Shown in pieces: positions 8,734 through 17,639 of a DNA stretch of 61,793 nucleotides. The notes beneath the pieces are model-generated. The model searched no databases. It was not told the DNA's origin and saw only the letters and a list, made by a program, of their open reading frames with translations. Source of the stretch: a bacterium. GTDB lineage: Bacteria; Patescibacteriota; Minisyncoccia; 1-14-0-10-42-19. The DNA lies in NCBI GenBank assembly GCA_030690215.1, contig JAUYHD010000022.1:1-61793 (forward strand), read 5' to 3'. A program made the translations under genes and the position numbers. The number at the start of each line of letters is the position of its first letter. The stretch's first letter is position 1.

Positions 8734-8816
8734 CTTATACCTCTGCGGTTCCGGGTTCGCCCGATTATTCAATCGGGCGACCGGTCGAATGACCGGTCGA
8801 GTCCTAGCAGGCCGCA
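8734..8816 (+). other. tRNA-Ile-like 3' half (anticodon loop to acceptor 3' end) carrying a 40-nt T-loop insertion
   Basis: CTTATACCTCTGCGGTTCCGGGTTCG + 40 nt + AGTCCTAGCAGGCCGCA. It is followed by a second copy of the 24-nt downstream flank TAT(T/G)CATTTTCGAGGATCCTCGAT. Confidence 0.7.
8760..8799 (+). repeat. 40-nt double-hairpin T-loop insertion, copy 1
   Basis: CCCGAT-TATTCA-ATCGGG followed by CGACCGGTC-GAAT-GACCGGTCG, inserted in GGTTCG^AGTCC. Confidence 0.75.
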
Positions 8817-8885
8817 TATGCATTTTCGAGGATCCTCGATTCCGTTCAAAACGGGGTCGGGATATAGCTGTCATTCAATCTTTGC

Positions 8886-8918
8886 AAATAGCACACTAGT
8901 GTGCTATTTTGTTTTTGA
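8886..8918 (+). terminator. ACTAGT-centred 24-nt perfect palindrome plus T run (terminator of the tRNA-Ile locus)
   Basis: AAATAGCACACTAGTGTGCTATTT followed by TGTTTTTG. Confidence 0.6.
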
Positions 8919-8945
8919 AAATCAAAAATGTAGGAGGAGATAACG

Positions 8946-9398
8946 GTGCAGCAATATATTGTATATGCGGTTCTCGCAGGTGTTGCGTGGGGTGTAGGAG
9001 GTTACTTTGAAAAATCTGGTTTACAATCAATGGGGTTGCCGCCCATCATAGGGATTGTGTTGCGTACCGCAGTTGCTCTCATCATACTTGGAGCGTTTTC
9101 TATACCTGTATGGAAGTCAGCCATAAACCAATTGGATATGAAAGCGTTGCTGGCGGTAATTATAGGTGGGGGTGTTATAGCAGGAAGCTTAGGAATGTGG
9201 AGTTTTTATTCAGCGCTTTCAGTTTCAGAAAATCTTGGTGTTACGCTCGCCATAGCTTTTGCATGTTCTCCGGTTGCGGGGACCATCATAGGGCTTCTTA
9301 AAGGAAATCAGTATATTGATTTTAAGATAGGACTTGGTATTCTTGCTATCATTATTGGGATTATTTTGATCCAGCTTTCTCATAAGCCTATACAATAA
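8946..9398 (+). CDS. Small EamA/DMT-like membrane protein
   Basis: AGGAGGAG RBS before GTG 8946. 150 aa, almost entirely hydrophobic helices. Confidence 0.55.
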   Translation: MQQYIVYAVLAGVAWGVGGYFEKSGLQSMGLPPIIGIVLRTAVALIILGAFSIPVWKSAINQLDMKALLAVIIGGGVIAGSLGMWSFYSALSVSENLGVTLAIAFACSPVAGTIIGLLKGNQYIDFKIGLGILAIIIGIILIQLSHKPIQ

Positions 9399-9407
9399 AT
9401 ATAATTT

Positions 9408-9436
9408 CAGGGACATATATGCTCCCTGATTTTTTA
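9408..9436 (+). terminator. Intrinsic terminator
   Basis: CAGGGA..TCCCTG stem followed by TTTTTT. Confidence 0.65.
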
Positions 9437-9584
9437 TTATAGTTTTACGCTACCTATAATGCCTCTAATTTTTGGGGTTTTCCTTATATATTTGTCTACG
9501 CATTGCTCAACTTCAAGAACGGGGTTGACTCCCTCTTATATTAGTAGCCGACTATGTCGGCTTTTGAGTGTTCATTTGCAAAAG

Positions 9585-9593
9585 TGGTACAAT
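9585..9593 (+). promoter_or_regulatory. Extended -10 promoter TGGTACAAT upstream of prkA
   Basis: TGnTACAAT motif about 50 nt before ATG 9645. Confidence 0.5.
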
Positions 9594-9644
9594 AGACGAG
9601 TATAAAAGTTTTTTTAAAAATAGAATACGCAACGGGAGGCATAG

Positions 9645-11744
9645 ATGGCTGATAACAAGATTAATAAACATGGCCAAGGATCAAAAGTCGTGATCCAAGA
9701 TAACATGCGGTTGCCGTTTCATATCCGGGAGGTCTTGGGAAATAAGCGGCGTTTTGAAAATGCCGCCCAAGCTGTTTCCAGAATGATTCTGGAAAAAAAG
9801 GTGAACAGGATCGTCCGAGCGGGAAAAAGCGCTTACGATTTTGAATTTTTTAGGGCAGACAAAAAACATATCATCGGCTGGTTTGATGAGATAAATGAAT
9901 TTGTGCATTTTGTGAAAGATGCGGCGGAAGGAGGATCGGCAAAAGAAATGGCGATCGTTCTTGTCGGAGAGGCAGGCAACGGAAAGACATTTTTTGTCGA
10001 TTTTCTTTGTTCAAAGTTCAGGGAATTTCTTTCACGGCCGGATAATACAAAATATACATTTGAATTTGTAGACATTAATGAATTGGGAAGTTATGGGAAC
10101 ATAACAGTGATCCAGTCGCAAACCTTCGAGGACCCCATGGTTCTTGCCATGAATGTATTTGATTCTAAAGATGAAACAAAGGAATTTCTTGGGAAGAACG
10201 GTTTTAGCGACCGACGGATAGAGTCCCTTTTCGGGAATTATCGTCCCTTGGGCGCCTGTTCTGAATATATATGGAAAAGCATCCGTAATTTTTGCAGCGG
10301 CGATCTGGATAAGATGCTTGAATTTATAAGGATCGTGCCGGTGCCGATGAGTGAAAGTCTCGGTACTGTTACCGGAAAATATTCGGCGCGGGATAAGATC
10401 ACTTCATCCGCGGTTGACCTATTAGGCGAAGAATCCATGTTCCGTTTGTTGAATATCGTTGATACCGATAATCCCTATAAACTGGATGTACGAAGAGGCG
10501 CGCTCGCCCGAGTTGCGGGCGGAGGAATCCATTTCTCTGACGAGATCTTTAAGAATAAGAAAGATCTTGTGCAGATCTATCTTCAAGTGATCCAGAACAG
10601 GAATATCGAGCTTGACGGTTTCAAGTGGCCCATTGATACATTGATAATCGCTACGAGCAATAACTGGGAATATAATCGGTTTGTTTCGGAAAAGGAAGAA
10701 GCGCCTATTAAGGACAGATGCCGTCTTTGTTATGTCGCGCACAATACGGATTATAAACTGCAGAGAGAATTGACCGACTACGCTATTGGGAGCGAAAAAA
10801 AGAGCACTATTTCAGGCGATCAAATGCATGAAGACCCTAATTTGAATTATGCCGCTTCAGTCAGCGTTGTTTTATCGCGTCTTCCTCATTCTGAAAAACT
10901 CACTCCGATTGAGACCATGAAGCTGGAAGCCGGAGAAATCGCAGGCGAAAAAGGCGTAAAAACCCTTGTTGAAGTAAAAGAGATGTCAAATGCAAATCCT
11001 GATGTGACTCGGAGATGGGGCCAAAAAGGGCTTGGGCATCGTGATCTCGGCAGATCCCTTCAGATATTAGGATCTCTTGCCGAATCAAATGAAGGCAAGT
11101 GTTTATTTGCGAAAGATATCTTTAAGGCTCTTGAGCGTATCATTCTTGATTACGTTATTGAAGCGACAGACCGCGATAAATTTTTTGCGGATTTGAAGAT
11201 CGCAAAAAAACTTTATCGCGAGCAAGTTAAAACCGTCATCTTTAACGCATATCGCGATGATCCGCAAGCAATCCGTAAAGATGTTTTGACCTACGTTAAT
11301 ATGATTATTGGGATGGACGCAGAACATCTTGGCCCCGATAAAATGTGGCGATATAAGGATCCGCAGACAAGGGAGTTAAAATCAATAAAGATAGACGATA
11401 AATACATCAACTCGGTCGAGGATAGGCTGGGCCTTGCTAATAAGGAACGCAAAGAATCATTCCGTAATTCGATTAGGAAGATCTACGGCCAAAAGATTTC
11501 TATCGATCCGGCATATGATTTTATGGACAATCAGGAATTAGTGAAAGCGGTTACTGATGTCCGTCTAGAGTCTGATGTTGCCGGAGCGGGTTCTTTGGTC
11601 GGCGCATTGGCGAACCGTACAAACGAAGAAAACCTCAAGGTGTATAGCCGTATGATTGATACCATGCTCCAAAAGATGGGTCATTGTCTGACATGCGCGC
11701 AAAAAACAATCGAGTATTTTTGCGAAAAAGAAGACGAACATTAA
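9645..11744 (+). CDS. prkA: PrkA family serine protein kinase (YeaG-like AAA+ protein)
   Basis: P-loop VLVGEAGNGKTF. Length and N-terminal layout match YeaG/PrkA. Followed by DUF444 and SpoVR genes. Confidence 0.85.
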   Translation: MADNKINKHGQGSKVVIQDNMRLPFHIREVLGNKRRFENAAQAVSRMILEKKVNRIVRAGKSAYDFEFFRADKKHIIGWFDEINEFVHFVKDAAEGGSAKEMAIVLVGEAGNGKTFFVDFLCSKFREFLSRPDNTKYTFEFVDINELGSYGNITVIQSQTFEDPMVLAMNVFDSKDETKEFLGKNGFSDRRIESLFGNYRPLGACSEYIWKSIRNFCSGDLDKMLEFIRIVPVPMSESLGTVTGKYSARDKITSSAVDLLGEESMFRLLNIVDTDNPYKLDVRRGALARVAGGGIHFSDEIFKNKKDLVQIYLQVIQNRNIELDGFKWPIDTLIIATSNNWEYNRFVSEKEEAPIKDRCRLCYVAHNTDYKLQRELTDYAIGSEKKSTISGDQMHEDPNLNYAASVSVVLSRLPHSEKLTPIETMKLEAGEIAGEKGVKTLVEVKEMSNANPDVTRRWGQKGLGHRDLGRSLQILGSLAESNEGKCLFAKDIFKALERIILDYVIEATDRDKFFADLKIAKKLYREQVKTVIFNAYRDDPQAIRKDVLTYVNMIIGMDAEHLGPDKMWRYKDPQTRELKSIKIDDKYINSVEDRLGLANKERKESFRNSIRKIYGQKISIDPAYDFMDNQELVKAVTDVRLESDVAGAGSLVGALANRTNEENLKVYSRMIDTMLQKMGHCLTCAQKTIEYFCEKEDEH

Positions 11745-11757
11745 GAATACCTATAAG

Positions 11758-11786
11758 GCCGGGCACTGTGCTCCGGCTTTTTTTTA
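11758..11786 (+). terminator. Terminator-like hairpin between prkA and yeaH
   Basis: GCCGG..CCGGC stem followed by TTTTTTTT. Confidence 0.5.
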
Positions 11787-11892
11787 TGATCTTATCTATT
11801 TCAGTTGTATCGTATCTTTGAGGGCAAAGGTAAAAATGCTACTATGGATACGAATAAGAATTGACAAATAAATATAAAAAGAGGTGTGTACT

Positions 11893-13170
11893 ATGAAAGG
11901 AAAGCATGTAACTGATTTGGATATTGAAGGAATGAAGTTGCGGATGAAATCGAAATTCGGCCGAATGAATAATATCCCCGCGTGCGCAGTCACGCCGATG
12001 CCGGCGCTCATATCCTTTGAAGACCTTCTGAAGAAGGATAAAGAAAGGGAAAAGGACGGTTTTAAAAGAAAAATAAAGATCAGAAAGATTCTTGCGGGAT
12101 CAGATAGAATTATTGTTGTGCCGTACGCGGAAGAAGAAAAGTTAGTCCATGGGGGTGTTAAGCCCCAAAATGAGAACGGCGATCTCGGAGAAGAAGTTGG
12201 CCATGGCGATTATGCGGTCGGAGACGTGATCGGACAATTTCCGTTATTTGGTGAAGACGGGGATGACGGAGACGGTGATGAAGGCGAAGGGGAAGGGGGA
12301 AAAGGCGACGAAGACCACAGTATTGAATCTGCAGCCTATGAATTAGGTAAAGAGCTTGCCGAGCGGTTTCAGCTTCCGAACCTGAAAGATAAAGGCAAAA
12401 AGGTGCCTACGAATGAGTATATTTATGATTTGACTGACAAACATCAGGGATCCGGGCAGGTGTTAGATAAAAAAGCAACATTAAAGAAAATAGTTACCAC
12501 CAATATTGCTCTTGGCCGGCTGGATAAGGATGCCGTTGATACGTCAAAGCTCATAGCTGCCCCCCGGGATAAGATCTTTCGCGTCCTTTCAAGGGAAAAG
12601 GTCTGGAAATCTCAGGCGATAGTTTTTTTTGTAAGGGATTATTCAGGCTCCATGTGGGGTGAGCCTACGAAAGCGATAGTAAATCAGCATCTCATGATCT
12701 ACGCCTGGCTTTTGGTGCAGTATGAAAAATTGGTAGTTCCGCGGTTTATCGTTCATGACCACGATGCGCACGAAGTAACTGTTGATGATTATTTTACCAA
12801 GAAAGCGTCGGGTGGAACGTATATTGCTTCGGCGTACAAGAAAATAAATGAGATCGTTGAAGGCGAAGCGCTTGAGCGGGACTATAATATATATGTTTTT
12901 CAGGGTACCGATGGCGAAGACGGTGATACTGCTGACGGCGATGCGGCACTTCCGGAATTACGAAAAATTCTGCGTTATGTCAATCGCATGGGAGTGAGCG
13001 TTCTTCGGCATGCGGCCTATGGCACGTCAGAAAGCCGTTTTGAAGAGTATCTAAAAAAAGGCGGCATTCTCGATCTTACGGATATTTTCCGGATGCACTC
13101 AATGCCGAGCGCGGGAGTCACCGAAGAAGAGAACGTAGAAGCGATTCGCACCATCATTTCACAGGACTAG
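11893..13170 (+). CDS. yeaH: YeaH/YhbH family protein (DUF444, vWA-like)
   Basis: Acidic G/D/E-rich tract, FFVRDYSGSMWG (the DxSGSM motif of DUF444) and a C-terminal metal-site-like FQGTDGEDGD. ATG 11893 follows AGAGG. Confidence 0.85.
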   Translation: MKGKHVTDLDIEGMKLRMKSKFGRMNNIPACAVTPMPALISFEDLLKKDKEREKDGFKRKIKIRKILAGSDRIIVVPYAEEEKLVHGGVKPQNENGDLGEEVGHGDYAVGDVIGQFPLFGEDGDDGDGDEGEGEGGKGDEDHSIESAAYELGKELAERFQLPNLKDKGKKVPTNEYIYDLTDKHQGSGQVLDKKATLKKIVTTNIALGRLDKDAVDTSKLIAAPRDKIFRVLSREKVWKSQAIVFFVRDYSGSMWGEPTKAIVNQHLMIYAWLLVQYEKLVVPRFIVHDHDAHEVTVDDYFTKKASGGTYIASAYKKINEIVEGEALERDYNIYVFQGTDGEDGDTADGDAALPELRKILRYVNRMGVSVLRHAAYGTSESRFEEYLKKGGILDLTDIFRMHSMPSAGVTEEENVEAIRTIISQD

Positions 13171-13179
13171 GAGGGAGCC

Positions 13180-14886
13180 ATGGAATTAATTGATCAAAAA
13201 ACAAAGAAAATAATGGAAGAATGCAAAGAAAAGGCGAAAATTGCAGGGTTGGAAGTTCGCGGAGAGACGCTTGAATATATTACCACAAATCAGGATCTTC
13301 TTGAGCTTTCACCGAAAGCAATGATACCCACTCTCTATGACTATTGGATCGACGATATTGATGTTATTCGTGGCAAGTGGCTGTATTCAATATATCCACA
13401 TAATCCGTATGAGACAGTCATAAATACAAGGCCCGCGATATCATTTTATAATGATAATAATCCGGATTGGTTTAACGTGATGATCTTTTACCATGTGCTG
13501 GGTCATATTCATTATTTCCAGAATAATATCTTCTTCAGAAATACATGGGCAGATGATTTTTGCGGGCAGGCGTTGGCTGATAAAAGATTGTTGAATAGGA
13601 TCCGGGAAGAAATGGGTGCGGAAAAACGATGGGTTGATTATGCCATAGAATTTGCACGAGGTATCGATAATCTTGTCGGCTATTACCCGGAGCTTGAAGC
13701 TGCTGATGCGGGCTGTGCGCATGCTCCGTACGGCGACTTATCTCAAAAGGCAGATTTTTATTTTGGCGAATTTTTGCGGCGTTTGTTTGAAGAAGGGTCG
13801 CTCACGATGAAGTTTTACCATCAGGAGATTGATCGTTATAATGCGTGCCAACGGACATTCGGCAAAGAACAGGCTGAAGATCTGTTTTTCAACAGTAATG
13901 ATCTTTTGAGCAAATTCCCGGAATTCAATGGAGTATTTGAAAAGAGTAAACAGATTCAGAAAACGGGAACAAGGGATATTTTCGATTATCTTATGCAGCA
14001 TTCGACATTTATGAATACGGCTGAAAATCGCTGGATGAAGGATGTGATGAGCATAGTGCGGAGGACTTCCCTCTTTTTTCAAGCACAAATCCGCACGCAT
14101 AGCAGTAATGAAGGCTATGCGAGTTACTGGCATGAGAAATTATTTCTTGGCGATGATGCGCTCAAGAGCCATGAAGTGGATTATGCGCGGGTAAATTCAG
14201 CCGTTGTTGCGAACCCGAAAATAGGATTTAATCCTTATGCGGTGTACAAGCACTTGTTTGAATTTATTGAAGATATGGCCGTAAAAGGAAAATTGTCCCA
14301 TAATTTTCAGCTGATACAAGACCGTGAGTTAAGAAAGCGATTCGATCAGCGGTGCGGGGCAGAGTACGGCAAGGATGTCTTGCTGCATGCAGCAAAGTAT
14401 TGCGATGACGCGCAGTTGGTGAATTTTCTTTCGGACGATGATTTTCAGGAATTCGTCGACAGATATAAATTATTTGTCGCCGGTGCCCGCATTCATCCTG
14501 AAAAATTTGGATATGCGGAAGTGTATGTCAAGTCAAGAAGCGGCAAAGACTATCGAAAAATGCTCAATGAGAGGTTGTATCATCCGCCGTATATTGTCAT
14601 CAACGAAGCAAAAGCCAAAAAGGGGGAGCTGTATCTTGACCATGTCTATGAAAAGCGGACTCTTGTAACGCGATATGTGCCCGCCGTACTTATTGGCCTC
14701 TCTTATCTTTTTGGCGAAACTGTCAAACTTGAAACAACAGAGTTTGAGATGGATAGCGTAGATATCTGGGATAGGTTCAATAATCCTGACGAAAAGCCGG
14801 AAGTTACAACATCACGCGTGCTATATACGTGTAAAAATAAGAGCATCCAAAGACAGGTCCTTGCGTATGTTAAGGAGGAAGAATGA
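13180..14886 (+). CDS. spoVR: SpoVR family protein
   Basis: Size and the conserved FYHVLGHIHYF and NEGYASYWHE motifs are typical of SpoVR/YcgB. GGAGGGAG RBS. Confidence 0.85.
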   Translation: MELIDQKTKKIMEECKEKAKIAGLEVRGETLEYITTNQDLLELSPKAMIPTLYDYWIDDIDVIRGKWLYSIYPHNPYETVINTRPAISFYNDNNPDWFNVMIFYHVLGHIHYFQNNIFFRNTWADDFCGQALADKRLLNRIREEMGAEKRWVDYAIEFARGIDNLVGYYPELEAADAGCAHAPYGDLSQKADFYFGEFLRRLFEEGSLTMKFYHQEIDRYNACQRTFGKEQAEDLFFNSNDLLSKFPEFNGVFEKSKQIQKTGTRDIFDYLMQHSTFMNTAENRWMKDVMSIVRRTSLFFQAQIRTHSSNEGYASYWHEKLFLGDDALKSHEVDYARVNSAVVANPKIGFNPYAVYKHLFEFIEDMAVKGKLSHNFQLIQDRELRKRFDQRCGAEYGKDVLLHAAKYCDDAQLVNFLSDDDFQEFVDRYKLFVAGARIHPEKFGYAEVYVKSRSGKDYRKMLNERLYHPPYIVINEAKAKKGELYLDHVYEKRTLVTRYVPAVLIGLSYLFGETVKLETTEFEMDSVDIWDRFNNPDEKPEVTTSRVLYTCKNKSIQRQVLAYVKEEE

Positions 14887-17057
14887 CAAAGGGAACAGAC
14901 GAAGCCTTACGGGCATTGAAACTGTATGTTGAAAACAAGGAAAGAAGAACGACTTTGAACTTTGAGCAGTATCTTGCTGATGTTCAGCAGAACCCGCAGC
15001 GATTGTTAAGGAATATTTTTCAGCTGGTGTATGATATGGTGAAAACCTCGGTCGCAGAGGGGAAAGATGAATATCCTGATGACCCCGAACGGATTGGTTT
15101 TGTGAAATATGATTGTTCAAAACTGTTCGTTGAAGGATCAGACAATCCTTTTTTTGCAGACAGGCTTTTTGCGAACAGATTGATGCGCCAAGTGGAGTCT
15201 TTGAAGCACGGATCCCAGCAGAACCGGGTGCATATCTATGAAGGCGCTCATGGATGCGGCAAAAGCACGTTCTTAAATAGTTTTCTTCGAAAATTTGAGG
15301 ATTATACTCAATCTCGAGAGGGGCAGATACATGAGATTTGCTGGGCAATAGACATGGAGGAGGGGAAATGTAATGTTTCCTGTCCGAGCCACGACCATCC
15401 CATGCTTATAATTCCAAAGCCATATCGCATCGAATTTCTGCAGGAATTATTGTCAACTAGCCCGGATGAGATCCAAAAGAAGGTTTTTCATGAAAAAGAG
15501 TACGAATGGCTTATGCGGAGGGATGTATGCACAATATGCAGATCCCTTTTTACAGCACTCTTGGATAGACTTGGATCTTTTGAAAAGGTTCTCGGCATGG
15601 TAAAGGCCCGGCCGTATGTCTTTGACAGGCGTTTAGGAGAAGGGATAAGTATTTTTAACCCTGGCGATAAACCGATGAAGGACTTGTATGTGTCAGACCG
15701 GCAACTCCAGGCAAAGCTTGATAAGATATTTGGCGCCAACCTCATCAAATATGTATATTCCCATCACGCAAAGACTAATAACGGAATTTATGCGCTTATG
15801 GATATCAAATCCCACAATAAAGAACGGCTCTTGGAGCTTCATAACATCATTAGTGAGGGAGTTCATAAGGTAAACGGGACCATTGAAGAGGAGATAAATT
15901 CGCTGTTTATAGCGCTTATGAACCCCGAAGACAAGACATCCCTTGAATCAGAGAATCTCATGGAGTCATTCCGTGAAAGGATCCAATATAACAAAATTGC
16001 CTATGTGATGGAAGTGCAGACGGAGATCCAGATCTACCAAAATACATTTGGAGACCAGATCAAGCAGCGATTCCTGCCACGCGTAATTGAAAATTTCGCG
16101 CGTGTGATTATTTCATCACGGATGAAGCCCGATTCCAAAATCCCTAAGGAATGGATCCCCAATATGGGGAAATATAAAAAATACTGCGATGAGGCAGGGC
16201 TCTTGTTACGAATGGAAATATTCGGGGGTATTATACCGGAATGGCTTTCTGAAGAAGATAAAAAGAATTTTACCCGAGCGATCAGAAGAAATATAATTGC
16301 CAATGCCGAAGACGAAGGTGGTATAGGATTTTCGGGGAGAGATTCGATCAGGCTTTTTGGAGATTTTTTCAAATCGCGTGGGTCACAACCGAATTTGATC
16401 ACTATGAATGACGTGGCTGTATATTTCAAAAAAGGCATCGGCAGAAAAAAAAGAGATGATTTTATACCGAAAAATTTTTTGGCGTCTCTTATAGATTGGT
16501 ATGATTATACGGTTTTGAATGAAGTAAAAGAAGCTCTTTATTTTTACAATCAAGAGCAGATATCCGAAGATATCCTGAATTATATGTCCGCTGTCAATTA
16601 CGATGTCGGAAGCAAGACCAAATGTAAATTTACGGGTAAGAGTATTCATGTTACGGCTAAATTTTTGAAGCACATGGGGTCTGCAATTACGGGAGAAGAG
16701 ATGAGCGATAATGACGCGTTGCGCTATGCCCAGCATATCCAGAAAAAATTTGTGAATATTATGGCCCAGGACCAGAATGCGGAGATTACGGAAACAGAAT
16801 TGTATCTTGAATTGTATGGGTCATACGCAAGGCACTTGAAAGAAAAGGTATTCCAGCCGTTTCTTAACAATGAGAATTTCCGCGAGGCAGTAAAATCTTT
16901 CGGGTCCGAAGATTTTGAAATTTTCGATACCCGGTTAAAAGAGCATATTGTCTACATGATCAGTAATCTTGCGGAAAAATTCGGCTATACGGAACAGGGG
17001 GCAAAAGAAATTTGTCTCTATGTGGTAGACCAGGCATTGGTAAAGAAATTCGCGTAA
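14883..17057 (+). CDS. Second, divergent PrkA-like P-loop protein
   Basis: ATGA overlap with the spoVR stop. P-loop EGAHGCGKSTF. N-terminal layout (LNFEQYL...) resembles YeaG. 724 aa. Confidence 0.6.
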   Translation: MTKGTDEALRALKLYVENKERRTTLNFEQYLADVQQNPQRLLRNIFQLVYDMVKTSVAEGKDEYPDDPERIGFVKYDCSKLFVEGSDNPFFADRLFANRLMRQVESLKHGSQQNRVHIYEGAHGCGKSTFLNSFLRKFEDYTQSREGQIHEICWAIDMEEGKCNVSCPSHDHPMLIIPKPYRIEFLQELLSTSPDEIQKKVFHEKEYEWLMRRDVCTICRSLFTALLDRLGSFEKVLGMVKARPYVFDRRLGEGISIFNPGDKPMKDLYVSDRQLQAKLDKIFGANLIKYVYSHHAKTNNGIYALMDIKSHNKERLLELHNIISEGVHKVNGTIEEEINSLFIALMNPEDKTSLESENLMESFRERIQYNKIAYVMEVQTEIQIYQNTFGDQIKQRFLPRVIENFARVIISSRMKPDSKIPKEWIPNMGKYKKYCDEAGLLLRMEIFGGIIPEWLSEEDKKNFTRAIRRNIIANAEDEGGIGFSGRDSIRLFGDFFKSRGSQPNLITMNDVAVYFKKGIGRKKRDDFIPKNFLASLIDWYDYTVLNEVKEALYFYNQEQISEDILNYMSAVNYDVGSKTKCKFTGKSIHVTAKFLKHMGSAITGEEMSDNDALRYAQHIQKKFVNIMAQDQNAEITETELYLELYGSYARHLKEKVFQPFLNNENFREAVKSFGSEDFEIFDTRLKEHIVYMISNLAEKFGYTEQGAKEICLYVVDQALVKKFA

Positions 17058-17098
17058 GAGAACGGTATACACACCATATAATGATATGTAACCAAAGC

Positions 17099-17127
17099 GT
17101 CCCGAAAGCAATTTCGGGACTTTTTTA
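17099..17127 (+). terminator. Intrinsic terminator
   Basis: GTCCCGAAA-GCAA-TTTCGGGAC followed by TTTTTT. Confidence 0.75.
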
Positions 17128-17175
17128 TAGAAAAAATTGATATGGCGTGGAAGGCGGACAAAAAAAACGCGCATA

Positions 17176-17205
17176 AAGTCCGGCACACAACGCCGGACTT
17201 TTTTA
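17176..17205 (+). terminator. Second intrinsic terminator
   Basis: AAGTCCGGC..GCCGGACTT followed by TTTT. Confidence 0.65.
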
Positions 17206-17250
17206 ACAGGTAAAAGTATTCCGCATAGCAAGAGATGGTATACTATATAT

Positions 17251-17547
17251 ATGATAGTTTTTGACGCGGTTATAGGATATTTTGTTTCTCATTTTTTTGC
17301 CGGCAAAAAGCCCGGCCAGCGCGGGCGCCTGCCGTCGTTCCGGTTTCGCGTAAAAAGAAACTATATCGTCCATCTCCACCACTGGTTTTTGTGCAGTATC
17401 GCGCTTATAAGCTTATCCGTTATTGATCTCTATAACACGCTTTTGTATGGGCTTCTTATGGGTTTTACTCTTCAGGGACTTACCTATAAGGATTTTTATA
17501 AATTGATTTACAGGCACAAAAAAGAGACCGACGAAGCATCCGTTTGA
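17251..17547 (+). CDS. Small membrane protein, hypothetical
   Basis: TGGTATACT extended -10 at 17236-17244 sits just before ATG 17251, so the start may be leaderless. Hydrophobic segments present. Confidence 0.4.
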   Translation: MIVFDAVIGYFVSHFFAGKKPGQRGRLPSFRFRVKRNYIVHLHHWFLCSIALISLSVIDLYNTLLYGLLMGFTLQGLTYKDFYKLIYRHKKETDEASV

Positions 17548-17639
17548 AAAAGATTGCCGTTGGCGTTATGGTAAATAATGTTCCGCTTTGGGTGCGGTAG
17601 TTCAATACGGCCTAGGGTTGTACCCCGGGCTTTTATTAT

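Noticed and set aside
8556-8816. Group I intron or integrated prophage/ICE as the explanation for the interrupted tRNA copies
   Set aside because: The interrupting segments (40 nt, about 150 nt and about 245 nt) are far too short for a group I core, and I saw no P3-P7-like pairing. No integrase, transposase or phage gene occurs anywhere in the 61.8 kb. A past recombination scar cannot be excluded.
17590-17630. tRNA-like word GCGGTAGTTCAATACGG upstream of the GT2 gene
   Set aside because: It cannot be folded into a cloverleaf, since no anticodon arm or T-arm follows. Probably a chance similarity within a promoter/leader region.
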